Shown: piece after piece, positions 11,988 to 24,703 of the stretch | How positions within the stretch are numbered: position 1 is the first letter of the stretch | Layout of the letters: each line of letters starts with the position of its first letter | The notes under the pieces: model-generated | Seen by the model: only the letters and a program-made list of their open reading frames with translations | Databases searched by the model: none | What the model was told of the DNA's origin: nothing | DNA from: Octopus sinensis | Taxonomy: Eukaryota | Length of the DNA: 64,000 nucleotides | Reading direction: 5' to 3' | Assembly: GCF_006345805.1 (NCBI RefSeq) | Contig: NW_021832425.1 | Span: 58,534-122,533 of the forward strand | Made by a program: the position numbers and the translations under genes

Positions 11988-12951
11988 TTATTGGAATCTC
12001 CAGTGGTTGATTTGGGAGAGCAAAGGACTATCTCCGGGTAGAACACACGAAATTGTCCTTTTTACATAATAATCGGAATCCCAGTTCAAATTTTCGATAA
12101 TATCCTTCAATAAGTGTGCTTTCCCCACGTCATAACCAGTCAGTCCATTTTTCAAACTCACAAAATGAACATGAAAATGATAAAACGTGGGTTAATAATG
12201 AACAAACACTCGCAAGCTCTTGGAAAAGCATACTCGCGCTCAATTTCTCTCTAAGTATGATTAATCACAGAATCTAACCATTCCGCTCTCCAAAATGTTT
12301 CTGAGGAGGGGAATATGACTTTGTCGGAGATCTCGAATGCTCATAATGTCCCCTCGATTGCAGATAGCTAGAGTGTAGAGTTCATCCAGCGAATTTTGAT
12401 TTCACTTTAGATTCGGGACCATCACGAATCCTGTTGAAGGATCGGAATCTCGAAAAATCACTTTTCACAATCACTGTCCAAGAGGTTTTGAATCCACTAA
12501 AAATAAAGTAGACAAAGTACTGTGGTATTAAATTGGCACGTTTTTAGGTAAGGGAGGACTGCATTGATGTATTCATTGCCAGTTTCTCTTAACATGACCA
12601 AAGAAGATGCCTCGCTGTATTTCTCAATGTGGAGAGGGGTGGCTGGACAAATTAGAGTTATGTTTAATTCTAGAAATAAGCATATAAACAATTCTTTTTC
12701 AGGAAATCAGAACACGTTTTCAAATGGCATCGATGATAGATGTCGTTAGAAATTTGATTTGAAAATTTGTTTGCTTCAAAGTCGACAATTTGATTGATTT
12801 TGGTGACTTTTAGATTTGAGTGCTGCATGATTACAATCGCGTCGTGTTGATTGTGTTTGAATAAACAAAATATTGTGTTTGATGTTTTATCTTGTCTTAA
12901 GACACGAACAAATTTCAACGTCTTAAAAACACCACTTAGATCCATTATCAT
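11988..12951 (-). pseudogene. DCPS: m7GpppX diphosphatase (scavenger decapping enzyme) unprocessed pseudogene
   Basis: [56 protein letters not shown]-like HY*PTFYHFHVHF and AHLLKDIIENL. Micro-introns include 12497-12520. Stops at 12402 (Trp) and 12192 (Gln), plus frameshifts. Confidence 0.92.
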
Positions 12952-12999
12952 ATTTTTTATATTAATTTTTTATTTAATAAAGTTATATTTCAGGCAATA

Positions 13000-13330
13000 C
13001 GATACGATTTTCTTAACCATAATCATCCAACTTACGCGGTTTCTAGCTTACCTGTGGAGTTTGTCCTGGCTATTACAGTTGTTTAGGGTTTTCTCCGCGC
13101 GGATGAGATCATGTTGCAAAACAGCCGGCAATGTTGTTTGGGGTCGTCCAGGGAATTTTTGTCTATTTGTCAGAAAGTATTCTTCTATGGCCTGGTAAGC
13201 AGGTGCAGTTGGATCTATTCTCAAGATGTGCCCGAATAGCCGTCTATGATGTCTCGGCTAATTGGCATCGAGTTACTGAGTCTGTAGAGCTATTAGTTAT
13301 TGATTTTCTTAGGCCAATGTAGGCAATTTA
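13000..13330 (-). mobile_element. RTE-clade LINE 3' fragment
   Basis: RLFGHILRID..GRPQTTLP..RNRVSWMIMVKKI parallels the 5158-5727 ORF. Confidence 0.8.
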
Positions 13331-13994
13331 GCACAAAAAGCTGTTTTTTGTTAAAAATCAAGATTCTTTAGTTCGGTGTCGGAGATACCCTATGTAGATG
13401 AATTTTACAGTAAGAAGGGTTTAACAAAAAAATTCTAGATTCCAAAACTTAGTGATGAGTGCACAGGATAATGTCTTAACCAATTCTTAATGACTGCTTA
13501 TAGAGCAGGAGCGGCGAAAGTCTTTCTGTGAATGATGTTCTGCCGCCTCCAAGCACTGAACCAAGCTTTTTTGACAGTCTCCATGTTCTAATAAGCTAAG
13601 TGTGCGAATGTGATATGTCAACAACTTCATTCTTGATTATGTTCATGGTTAGGAACCATTCCTCGAGTTTTCCCGGTGCAAAAGAAAATTAATAACAAAA
13701 ATTGAACTACAGGAGAAAAAAAAAGAAGCATGTTCTATTAATAAAATTTATTCTGGATTATTTATTACTCCTTTATCACTCTGCCAGAAACGATACAACA
13801 TTACTATCTGCTGCCTGCAAGAGATCAAAATCAAAGGTCTTTAAAAAAATGTTGAGCAAAACCTTATCCTGCTTCCATCGGACTGCCGCCACTACGGGAT
13901 GGGCTTTGCGGTGGATATCAGACTAAGAAAATATCAAAAGAATATGGAAAGTAAATCACAGAATTTCCGTAATTTGTGTTTTTTTAATAAAAAA

Positions 13995-14130
13995 CAATTA
14001 AAGGAATTCGAGTATTAACTCCGGGCCAAGCAGAGATCCTCTATTTCAGCCAAGAGAATTCACGTGCATCCATTTTCCTCCAAGCGATAAGGAGGCCGAC
14101 GTCTTTCAAGAGTTTCAATGCTTGGGGGCC
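13995..14130 (-). mobile_element. CRE-clade 3' tip, degenerate
   Basis: DAREFSWL*RIS matches the CRE C-terminus. Confidence 0.6.
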
Positions 14131-14314
14131 AAATTTTAAATTGTTGATGAAAAATGTACTAAAAAATAAAATCAGCCCAAAAAACTTTTTAAAAACCATT
14201 CTTAACAACCCTACTTTTTGAGATTTTCTCAAATGTCTAAAACCTAAAAAAAAGAAAAATGGACACTCTCTAATTCAAAATAAATTCTAACTCATCAATC
14301 AAAAAATGCAATCA

Positions 14315-14783
14315 TTAATTCCCATTTTTTAGATACTCGGCCGAAATATTATCAAACATTGACATGACATCCTTGATCTGTATGTAAAGATTATCCCACA
14401 GCCCGTCCAGATCTTCGTTGAGAACCATCCTATTTTCTCTGGCCATCTAAAATGGGTTAAATAAATCGCATTTACAATATTAGCATCACAAAATCCACTA
14501 AAACTGCAAAATCTCTTATTCATAAGAAGCCTTGCTTTCCCTATGGCACAATTGATAGAATCAATTGCTATTTCAGTTAGAGTAGCAATAAACCGTCAGA
14601 TGATAGGCTGTCTGAAGTGTCCAATTCATTTTGAAACGTTTTTATTAGATCGGTCAATTCATCCTGACATTTACTCATTTTTAGCAAATATTTATTCCCA
14701 TTGGGTCCATCAGATTTCTTTAAAATATAAAAAAGCCTAAATTATGCCTGAATTTGTTCGATTTGTTCGATTGGGGGTTGCAT
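14315..14783 (-). CDS. GKAP/DLGAP (HURP-like) domain protein, 127 aa, 4 exons
   Basis: Spliced product includes GNKYLLKM..AIGKARLLMNKRFCSFSGFCDANI..DLDGLWDNLYIQIKDVMSMFD, the GKAP homology domain. Introns at 14718-14747 (GC-AG), 14568-14593 and 14447-14475 give a 384-nt open frame. Confidence 0.82.
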
Positions 14784-15127
14784 ATTAAATGCACACAACA
14801 AAGAATAAAAAATCGGAATATGCGGGATTTATTAGTATTATAATTGATAATTTAAAAAATAATTTTTTAACAATTTAAAAATAATATCTAATAATTAAAT
14901 ATACAGATATCAGATAAAAAATTAAGAATTTTTATTGTATTAGATTTGTGAATATTGTTTTAAAAATTTTTAAAGCCTGCAAATTTAAAGACTGAATATT
15001 TTATAATTTTATTACAATGAATTAAAACAATTTTAATTTTTATAATAAATAATTTCGTTTATTGTCTAGTTGTAGTTAACTCAGTGGTAAAAGAATAACT
15101 TCAATATATTTATAGCCTTGTAGTATC

Positions 15128-15946
15128 ATGTCAGAAACCATTAAATCTTCAGTAAATAATATTTCAGATATCAAACAGAAAACTCTTGACAAAATAAAAC
15201 AACTACAATTCAAACGAGTAAAATACCAAAATTTATACAAATTTAGAATGAAGCAAGAAAAATCAATCTCGCAGAAGTAGCTGAGGAAGCAAGGCAATCC
15301 AAACTCCCCCCAAATTGGCGGGCAAAAGAGCAAAGACACGAATATTTCCTTTCCGAAGAAAAAACAAAACAGGTCAGTCCTTAAAACTCCTAAATCCTCA
15401 GACCTGTGATGAAAAAGGCATTGGATTTGAACGAATGAAATACATGGAAAGCACAATTCACGATCTTCAAAGAGCGGACAGGAAAATCAAAAGGAAAGCG
15501 CCCAATCCAGACTTCATAGGTCTCTCAGACATAAAAATTGTAGATTTTAATCGAGCTACTGAGCTAAAATATCAAAAATTGATCTCTCAGTTGCCTGTGG
15601 ATGAGGAAGCTTATCAAAAACAGAAAGAAAAACTGTTTTTAGACTTATTTTATTTTTAGAGGAATGGCTTTTTATGCTGATGAGACCACCTTGGGGTTGA
15701 CTGACGTTAAAGACTCGGAAGAGGCGATGAATGCCTTGGTGTCTGATTTGGCAGCACAGTTGTGGCTGTTGTTGTAGTTGTAGAGTGGCCAAGCGTGATA
15801 AGCATAGTCGGAGAAGAGTGGAAAATGAGAAGGATATTGATTACATCAATAATAAGAACATGAAGTTTAATAAAAAACTGGAGAAATATTACGGAAAGTA
15901 TACCGCGGAGATCAAACAAAATCTCGAGAGAGGGACAGCTTTGTGA
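15128..15946 (+). CDS. SYF2: Pre-mRNA splicing factor SYF2, 228 aa, 6 exons
   Basis: NEARKIN..KLPPNW and [37 protein letters not shown]. Introns at 15218-46, 15373-401, 15520-43, 15635-59 and 15759-83 give a 687-nt open frame. Confidence 0.95.
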
Positions 15947-16996
15947 TATTTAATGGATTTTTTGTTTATTTTTTGACTAATTTCTGGAAATGTATATTTG
16001 GTTCTTGGTTAGGAAAGATAAAATGAATTTAATTTTTTTGATAAGTTATCAATTTATTTTTTTATAAATTTGGTATTTTTAAAAAGTGGCTTTTAGAGAT
16101 TGATATGATTAAAACAACAAATGTTTCTCCAGTTTGTTTAATAAAATTTTGAAACTAGTTTAGGTATGGAGAAAAGCAAAATCAATGCAAAAAACAAATA
16201 GGGGTGATAGCAAAGTACGTTCTTAACTAAATTGGACGAAGTAAGATTGGTTGACAGTATACTAACAAGGCGGTTGAATAACTTGAAAAAATCAGTTAAT
16301 TTCCTATAATTGTTTTAATGAGTATTTTGATGATCAGACTTTCGATTGCAATCACGTTTTGTTTGATGTTATATTAGTATATCGATGTTTATGAACTCAA
16401 ATCATCATATACGTACATCTTTGTTTAAAATTACGTCTTTTTCATTGATATATGGTTTCGGAGAAAGTCAAATCTAAAAACCAAGACTATGATTTTTTAT
16501 TCTGATTTATTGAAAAGAACTCAGGACACTCCTGCACTGTGAAGAACAATTTCAATTTGGCTTAATGATATTTTTAAAAATTATCTTTATTTGTGACTTA
16601 TAGAGTTGGCAGAAAATATTTCAGAGAATATATTATTCAGCAAAGTTATAGATTTACAGGTAATTGAATGAGATACACTCCGGAGAAAAGGGAGACCCAG
16701 TTCAAAGTCGCACTGTATTAAAAACGAAATGAATAAATCGGACCTGTTAAATGACATTATTGCCCCTAATATGGTTAATTAGTCAGAAATTAATGAATTA
16801 TTTGAAAATTTCTAAAAATAATAATTAAAAATCCTTTGTTAGATAATTGAAAAAATGGTTTTAAATCAGAATATTTAAAGAAAGAAACGAGGCTCTGAAC
16901 TAATAAGAAACGTGACTGGAACATTTTGTTAAACGTAAAAAGACTTAATTGGATAAAAGAATATATTAAATAAATCCCAAAAATTAAAATTTTTAA

Positions 16997-17933
16997 CTAA
17001 ATAAATGGAATTCCAATCCAAGTCAATTCTCTATATTGTTCATATTGTGACCCGAACAGCGAAATCAAAAATTTTTCTTCTTTTTCAATTCGTTTTCTAA
17101 AGAAATCAACGCCACGATAAAATTGCAGAACAATCGAAAATACATTACCAAGCATTATCTAAAATCAAACATAATAGTAAAAAACCTGTGAACCAAAAAA
17201 GAAATAAAATAAACCGGTATAAGAAGGATGTCGAAAATATTTATAAACTCCAGTTTTTATTAGTATATGATCTTCCCGGTATTTCTCCTCTAGCTCATAA
17301 CTGAAGTTACTTCCGAGCGTCAAAATAGAGACCTTTCGTAAAATATTTCCTGATACACCAAGAATTAGTCCAAAGACAGAAATAATCCAAAAACGTTGCT
17401 TAGCGTCTGAAAAATGAAAACGTAAAAAAAACTTGGAAATAAAAAAACCCAAAACAAATTTTCGAAAACCCCAAACCCGATGGAAAGATTATAATCTTTA
17501 TGTTTAAAAAAGAAAGCATCTGTTAATGTGCTCCGAATGTTTCCAATGTTTGCGAAAGTAAATTCCAAAAAATGATATAAACTCAATTGGATTAAAAATA
17601 CTCCTAAAAATCTATTTTTAGTCCACAATAACATCAAAAATAGTCCACCAGATAAAAATACCCCCAATGCTGTGGAGCTTGCCAAAATCTACAAGAATTT
17701 ATTGATTTTTTTACATATTTATAGTCATAATAATTTATTTTAGATGTTTTCTTAAAGAGTAGAGATGTTGGAATAATTAGAATAGTAAATATAATCGCAG
17801 TATATGAATTTGTAAAGTACAAAATCGGTAATATTGAGGAGCCGCTTAAATAATAAACAGTTGAGAAAATGAAGTAGTTTTTTCGTTGATTTTTCTATTT
17901 TTTATTCAAAATATAAAAAACGTCTAAATTCAT
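16997..17933 (-). CDS. ICMT: Protein-S-isoprenylcysteine O-methyltransferase (STE14), 276 aa, 5 exons
   Basis: YHFLEF, LGSNFS, H.LIKTGVYKYFRHPSYTG and RIEKEEKFLISLFGSQY..GIPFI*. Introns at 17895-921, 17689-714, 17407-432 and 17159-185 give an 831-nt open frame. Confidence 0.93.
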
Positions 17934-18154
17934 TTATGAATAATGTCAGATGTTTGTTTTCAGCAAAAGCGACCCAGAATGAATTCAATTAAAATGTATT
18001 TTTTAGAAAATTTTATCTATAAAAGAATTAAAAAATAATTTTTATTAATTTAATTTCAATTTTTTTCAAACTTAAACTAATGAAAATTTTCATCTAACTT
18101 AATAAGAATTTGTTGATTAATGGCTTTGTTATAGCATTAACGTGAATAAAAATA

Positions 18155-18790
18155 CACTCAACCCTCTCAAATTGGCCATTTTTGATTCCTTCAATTTTGT
18201 TTGCCAATTTGAGAAATGGCCAACTAGAGAATAAAATCGATAATTTTTCAAAGAAACTACCTTAATGTATCTTCAGTTATATTTTTTTAAAGTAAAATTC
18301 AATTCACATTTGTTTTTTTAGATATCAGTATATTTTCTTTGTAGCGTCTTATAGATAAGATTGGTAAGACATCATGCTCGTTTTCAATGTTTTCTAATAA
18401 ATCTTTTTTAATCAATCACAGGTTTTAATTTATGAGTTCTACTCATATTCGTGCAAAGCATTATGGAAACACGATAGTTGAAAATTTTGTAATCTTTAAA
18501 TCTGTTACAACAAATGGATTTTAAAGGAATGATTTTATAAAACAATCCAGTTCCATCTAAGTTGTAAATTTGATCATCATTCATGAAATTTAAAAAGAAA
18601 AGACTCGATGTCAACGGGATCGTCTGTTATCATTTCTCCATGCAATTTTCGCATTCGAAATCCATGTCGTTTTTTAAATTTTTCCAAAAAACAATTTGAG
18701 TATTTAAAATTTACTACTTTAAGTTGTGCAAAAAACATAGCCTTGCTGTAAATTAAGGCATCATTAAGAAAACCGCCTAAATATTAGACC
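18155..18790 (-). mobile_element. pogo/Tigger relic
   Basis: QIYNLDGTGLFYKIIP..RVSIMLCTNMS..KLKPV is the start of a DDE_1 domain. Confidence 0.75.
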
Positions 18791-18811
18791 CTAGATAAAA
18801 TACCTCTAGAC

Positions 18812-18873
18812 CAGCGGTTCTCAAATGCGGCCCCCGGGGCCGCATGTGGCCCCCAGGATTTTTTTTGCGGCCC
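18812..18873 (+). mobile_element. hAT (Charlie-like) single terminus
   Basis: CAGCGGTTCTCAA followed by GCGGCCC repeats, preceded by CTCTAGAC, which resembles the Charlie target NTCTAGAN. Confidence 0.6.
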
Positions 18874-18943
18874 CTCTAGAGTAACTAACTTTTTTAATTT
18901 TTTAAATTTAATTATTCATTCTTAAGGTTAAACATATCCATAA

Positions 18944-20760
18944 TTGGTGATTGGTGATTCATTTTTAAGGTTAAACATATCCTCAAATGGTCCCGGGGTT
19001 CTAGCTATAAAACTGGACATTAAGAATGCATTCAACAGCCTGAGGAGAGATGTGATTCTCGAAACCTGCTTAGAAAGGGCTCCTGATATTATCGGCTTGG
19101 TTCACCTGGCATATGGGTCAGACAGCTCTCTTCTTTTTGGAGATGAAATTATTAAATCGTGCACAGGAGTTCAGCAGGGCGACCCTATCGGTCCACTGCT
19201 GTTCGCCCTCGGCATTGACTCTGCCGTACGGAAAGTCGATTCTATTTTCAACCTGTGGTACCTCGATGATGCAACCATCGGGGGCCCCTCTGATACTGTG
19301 ATTGAGGATATTTTCAACATAATTCCCACCCTGCGTGAAATTGGACTGGAAGTAAACGTCAGCAAGTGCGAGCTTATAAATATCTCTTGCTCGCACGAAA
19401 AATTCGGTTCCGCACTAAACAAGCTGCAACTTCGCCTTCCGGGGCTGACAACCACACCCATTGATGATGTTCTATTCCTTGGCGCGCCCATGGGCCAAAT
19501 CCAACTTAAGAAGTCGCTATCTGAGAAAGCCAAATGGGTCACTGATTTCACAAATAAGCTCATGTGGCTTGATTCTCACTACGGATTTTTCATGCTCAGA
19601 GTAAACCTCATGTTGCCAAGGCTTCTATACTTGCTGCGAACTTCAAACTGCTCAATACAATCTGACACGCTTCAATCGCTCGATACTTCTTTGAAGTTGG
19701 CCGCTGAAAAAATTCTAAACATATCCTTTGATGACGCTGGTTGGACTTGTTGCAAATTACCTCTACGTCTTGGCGGAGTTGGACTCCGTTCACCTCTGGA
19801 CATGGCTCTTCCTGCATTCCTCTCCTCACGTGCGAGCTCCCAAGCCCTCATCACCCAAATCCTACGTAACTCTCGCGGATTGGAAGAGGACCGGGTTTTC
19901 TCTGGAGCTTGCGAATTCTGGAAGGGATCTGGATTGGCCATTCCATCTAACATTTCACGCCAATGGGAATGGGATGATATCTCCAGCAAAGCTAAAATGG
20001 AAGCAATCAGACCTACTTTGGATCAGCATCGCCTCGCTTGTTTCGGTGCCGCTGCCAGACCTGAAAGTGGGGCGTGGCTTAATGCCCTCCCTTGCTCCCA
20101 ATCTGGAACCCTTCTCGATAATGACTGTGTGAGGATTGGCGTAGCAATACGCTTGGGACTTAATGTCTGTTCGGGGGGCCAATGCCGATGCGGTAGTAAA
20201 GTCGATACCAAAGGACTACATCCCCTGTCATGCAGAAGGAGTGCTGGCCGTGCTCCCAGACACTCCGCTATCAACGAGACTATTTCGGCTGCGTTACAAG
20301 CAGCTGGATTCCCGACAGAACTGGAACCCGTTGGGCTTGACCGTGGAGACGGTAAACGCCCAGATGGAGTCACCATTTTCCCGTGGAGTAATGGGAAATG
20401 CCTCGCGTGGGACTCCACGTGCACAGACACCTTCTCAAAGACCAATATAGTTGACTCCGCGATCAGTCCAGGCTCAGCCGCTGAGAAGGCTGAGGCACAT
20501 AAAGTTCAGAAATATTCCAACCTGTTGAACAACTTCATCTTCTCCCCAATATCCGTAGAAACCTCCGGGGTCATGAGTCAAAAATCGTTCGAACTCGTCG
20601 GGAAAATCGGGAATCTGATCTCGAGAAGACGGAGAGAGCCTCGGGAGAAGCAATGGTTGTTCCAAAGAATATCCATTGCGATCCTGAGGGGCAATTTTCA
20701 TATATTGGACTCACTTACGATTTGACAAATGATGTTTTGCTTAATTACAAAAAATCTCCT
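18944..20760 (+). mobile_element. CRE-clade non-LTR retrotransposon, 5'-truncated, with an uninterrupted 593-aa frame (RT, CCHC finger, REL endonuclease)
   Basis: KLDIKNAFNS, GVQQGDPIGP, WYLDD, CRCG..H.LSC, RH, RPDG..WD and QRISIAILRGN. Confidence 0.95.
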
Positions 20761-21476
20761 GCAAAGTGCATTCAGAGTATTATGCCCATAATGGTCTGTT
20801 TCATGGATTCTTTGAGCAATGATTTTCATTTCTTCTGTACTTGTTAAAGCTACAATAAGTTTTTGGAGTCAATTAGTATATCGCAGATATAGCTTTTCGT
20901 AAATAAAAATGCAGTTTTAAGCTTTCTTTTTTAGTCGAAACTTTCTAATTATCGAATTATCCACGTCTTGCGCTTCAAGAATGATTTCCAGTAAGTTGTA
21001 CATCTTCAACAAACATTCTTCAACAAACATCCAACAAACATGTGACATTTTGGCAAAGCAAAATTTTGAATAACTATCCATGACATTTATAAGATATTTA
21101 TAGGAATCATTTATATCTGAATAAAACGAAAGATCGACTAAATCAATTTAATAGCTAAAAATAAACTATTGAATAAACCGTTGTCGAGGTTCTTTGGCTA
21201 CTATGTTGACTAGTGGATATTTTGTCTTTAAGGGCTGACTTCGGTGACATTTGTAGTATAGTGATATTACATCCCTAATTATGTTTCGATTGTTATGCAA
21301 AAATTATTTTTGCAATACTCTCTCATTATATTAAATCCATAGTGATAAATTGAATGAATCCTTTGCAGTTTCATGGATTCAAAATCATTTGAGGCAATTA
21401 CCAATATTTTGTTTCCGTCAGGTTGTCATTTATGATAGTATGATAGTTCAACATTTCTTATTTTAAAAATGATGAA

Positions 21477-21700
21477 TTAATTGAAGAACATGAAAATGAA
21501 ACTATAATATAGCACACCTATCATTAGATTTATATTACCTCCAGAATTTACGAAATTTCTACATGTTTTGAGAAAACGAAATCTTTTTAGTCTTGAAAAA
21601 TGTTCTGGTATTGCATTATTTATTAAAAAATCAAGAATATTCTTATACTCCTGATCATCCTTTACAATGTTGGCAAATCTCATTCCGCTAATATTATCTT
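21477..21700 (-). mobile_element. N-terminal fragment of an integrase-type (Ginger-like) transposase
   Basis: EYKNILDFLINNAIPEHFSRLKRFRF resembles the leader of such transposases. Confidence 0.4.
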
Positions 21701-21859
21701 AAAGTGCAAAATCATCTTTAATATTCAGTTGATAATTGTCGAGAGCTTAATTAAGGGTTAAATCCAAGGTCACAGCATTTCACTTTAGGCACGTGTTTCA
21801 TTTATGCCGCGTGATAATTATTAACAAATGCTAATTGTCAATCTCTTTGTGGTCTTTGC

Positions 21860-22400
21860 GGCTCTCGTACTGAAAGACCTGAGGAACTTTTCAGCGGTGG
21901 AGTAGATGGCTTGAGGTCTGGTCATCTAAAAGACCTGACATCTCCCATTACCGCTGAAGCTAGACGGAGATTATTACGCTCAATCATTGACCTGTGCAAC
22001 CGTTTTATCTCCGGCTGTTTTCCTGATTTTTGACGCGGAATTTTCTTCTCTGCCAGCTTTACTGCCCTTGAAAAAAAACAACGGTGTAAGACCCATCGCC
22101 GTAGGAAATATTTTCCGGAAGCCCTCTGCTATTTGTCATGCTATTGTCTCCTGTTTTTTCACAAAGTTTTTACCATCGCAAATTGCTGCAAAGAGACTGT
22201 TCATTTGATTCAGGAATTAATGGAATTTCTCAAGCCGTTATCATAGTTAAGCTGGACGTTTTGGACGCCTTCAATTCTATCAGACGTAATCACTTACTAA
22301 AGTGCTACCGCGAAATGGTTCCTTTCGCATACCCTCTTGTGCATCTGTCATAGACAACCCAAGAATCCTTATGTTCTACGATGTTCCCATTTCCTTGTCG
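21860..22400 (+). mobile_element. CRE-clade RT N-terminal fragment
   Basis: GGVDGLRSGHLKDL, LPLKKNNGVRPIAVGNIFRK and KLDVLDAFNSIRR. Confidence 0.82.
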
Positions 22401-22559
22401 ACTAAGGCCACCAGGGTAATCTCCTGCTTGTCCTAATTTGATTATCTGAAATCAAGCTAAATGTATTGACGTAAAAACACATTTTGCGAAAATCTATACC
22501 ATTTCGCTATAAACAAATTTTCGAAAGAAGTGGAAAACACTTTATTGCTCTCTGGTTTA

Positions 22560-23100
22560 ACATTAATCTTGTCCAAATGAACGTTTTCAAATAGACGTAA
22601 TAGATCTGAAAAGATTTTCAACACTAAACGAAAATTTCAAATGGATTTTAACGGTCATTGACATTTATAGTAGGTTGGTTTCTTAAAATTTTTTTTATAG
22701 ATTTGCACGACCACTCTATAATAAGTCTGGTAAAGAAGTGTGTCAAAACTTGAGATCTTTGTTTCGCCTAAATGGACCATGCAAATTTCTTCAATCAGAC
22801 AATGGGTCTGAATTCAAAAATCAAAAAATAACACAACTATGCGTTGATTTTAACATCAAACAAATCCACGGAAGGCCCAATAATCCTCGGGCTCAAGGAA
22901 TTGTCGAAAGATTCAATCAAACGATAACCAGGAAGTTGTCAAAAATGATGGACAACAGTGAAAAAAAGTGGGTTGATAAATTAGAAAATGCTGTGTACAG
23001 TTATAACATATCTGTCATTCATTTTCTAACGAAAGTCCTTTCGAAAGATATCGAGGAATAAAGGGAATAAATTCAATAATCCATGGTTATACATATATCT
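22560..23100 (+). mobile_element. rve integrase-type transposase relic (Ginger/TDD-like) with a 27-nt intron
   Basis: WILTVIDIYSR|FARPL..LQSDNGSEF..HGRPNNPRAQGIVERFNQT. The GT-AG intron at 22674-22700 restores the frame. Confidence 0.85.
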
Positions 23101-23504
23101 TAGATAATTTAAGTGATGAGTGTGTGACTTTGGAAGAAATGGATGATTTGTTCTATTGTTCGACTCCAGAATCTTTGATTTAAAATATATATTTAGATTA
23201 TTCCCAGTCAGACAATTTGTTGCCAACTGCGAAGAGATTCAATTTTGAAATTAACCCAATTGGTTTTATGAAGTTAAAATTACATTAATTGAAGTTAATC
23301 TTAATTCAAGGTCAAAGTAACAGGGTGCCCATAGGTATCGCTTGGCCCATGTGACATTAAGGTTCAATATAATTTTTTTCGATTTAAACCAAATCACCAA
23401 TTACGGAATTTCTTTTTCGAATGTTTATAGATTAGATATAAACAGGAAGTAATTCCAAAGTATTTAATTGGAATCGATTAGCTATGGTCAACTAAATTAT
23501 CTAA

Positions 23505-23740
23505 TTAAGTCCAGATCGTCAATGATTTTCCTCCCTTCTTTTGAAGAAAAGTTTGCCACAAACTTCCTTTGCTTCTCCATTGCTGTGTTAAGGTTTTTGA
23601 CAGCTGTATGTCTTGTCAGCATTGCAGCTCTGCCTTGATTAGCGACAGAGGCGTACTTTCGTCGTCTACATACATTCCTTGTTTGTGTTTAATGAGCATA
23701 CTCGCCAGCGTCCTCTTTAGCACAAACAACAGAAAGTAAT
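23505..23740 (-). mobile_element. 3' tip of an R4-like LINE, also at 37270-37500
   Basis: VLKRTL.SMLIKHKQGM and the terminal 'actgacgatctggac' are shared with 42330-42560. Confidence 0.75.
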
Positions 23741-24342
23741 TAAAACTAATTCAATTTAGGCTAACAGCGTTTATCGATTTCTAGTTTAGAATTAATATAT
23801 AACGCATTTTAGATAAAATATCAAGATTACCTGAGATATGTTTCAAAATAATTTACTTTTTGAGGCGCGACATTGAATGACAGGGAAAGGAAGGACAGAC
23901 TGAGAATGGATTGGTCGATGTTTGAAACAAAAATACAAAATACAATATTAATTATAACAAAGCAATTTTCAAAATTAATACATAATTTTATACAAAAACA
24001 AATAAACATGAAATATCCAAATTACCTGAGATATGTCCCAAAATAATTTACTTTTTAGGAGCGACATTATATGACAGGGAAAAAATGAACAGACTGTTAG
24101 TGGATTGGTCGATCTTTGAAACAGAAATACAAAATATCAAAATATTTACAAAATACAACATTAATTATAACAAAAAAATTTCAATTTTCAAAATTCATAC
24201 ACAATTTTATACAAAAACAAATTAACATGAAATATCAAAATTACGTGAGATATGTTCCAAAATAATCTCCTTTTTGAGGCGCGACATTATATGACATGGA
24301 AAGGATGGACAGACTGTGAGTAAATTGGTCGATGTTTGAAAC

Positions 24343-24500
24343 GGACCCTACTCCAGCGCATTGCCTCATTAATCGGAAGGGTTACCGGCAACCCGTGTGA
24401 GCACCGGTATTTAATCGAAAGAATATCTATAGCAATAGTCAGAGGCAATACTCTGGCTATCTGCCAATGACTATTTCTCTTTTGGTTTACATAAATAAAA
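24343..24500 (+). mobile_element. CRE-clade 3' tip
   Basis: LLQRIASLIGRVTGNPCEHRYLIERISIAIVRGNTLAICQ*. Confidence 0.82.
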
Positions 24501-24703
24501 TCCTTTTGAGGAAAAATACAATATTAATGATAACAAAACAATTTTTAAAATAACAAAACAATTTTTGTAAACAAAAGACAATTGATTCCATATAAAAGAC
24601 TTATCAGCACCCAATATTATTTTAAGCCTAAGAAAATGTCAAACGTAAATTATTTTTGTTCATAAATTACATAATCAAAATTAATAAAAATTATTTTCAT
24701 AAC

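Noticed and set aside
10461-12404. Stop-codon reassignment (TAA/TAG at likely Tyr or Gln sites and TGA at Trp or Arg sites in RPS15 and DCPS)
   Set aside because: The implied amino acids are inconsistent, frameshifts co-occur, and the intact genes terminate with TGA (SYF2, SMARCA, SNX14), TAG (ICMT) and TAA (GKAP-domain gene).
12564-12749. Adaptin appendage-like plus-strand ORF
   Set aside because: It is the antisense shadow of the DCPS pseudogene.
13400-13930. VPS16-like fragment (QCLEAAEH)
   Set aside because: The match is a single short motif and I could not build a consistent spliced frame.
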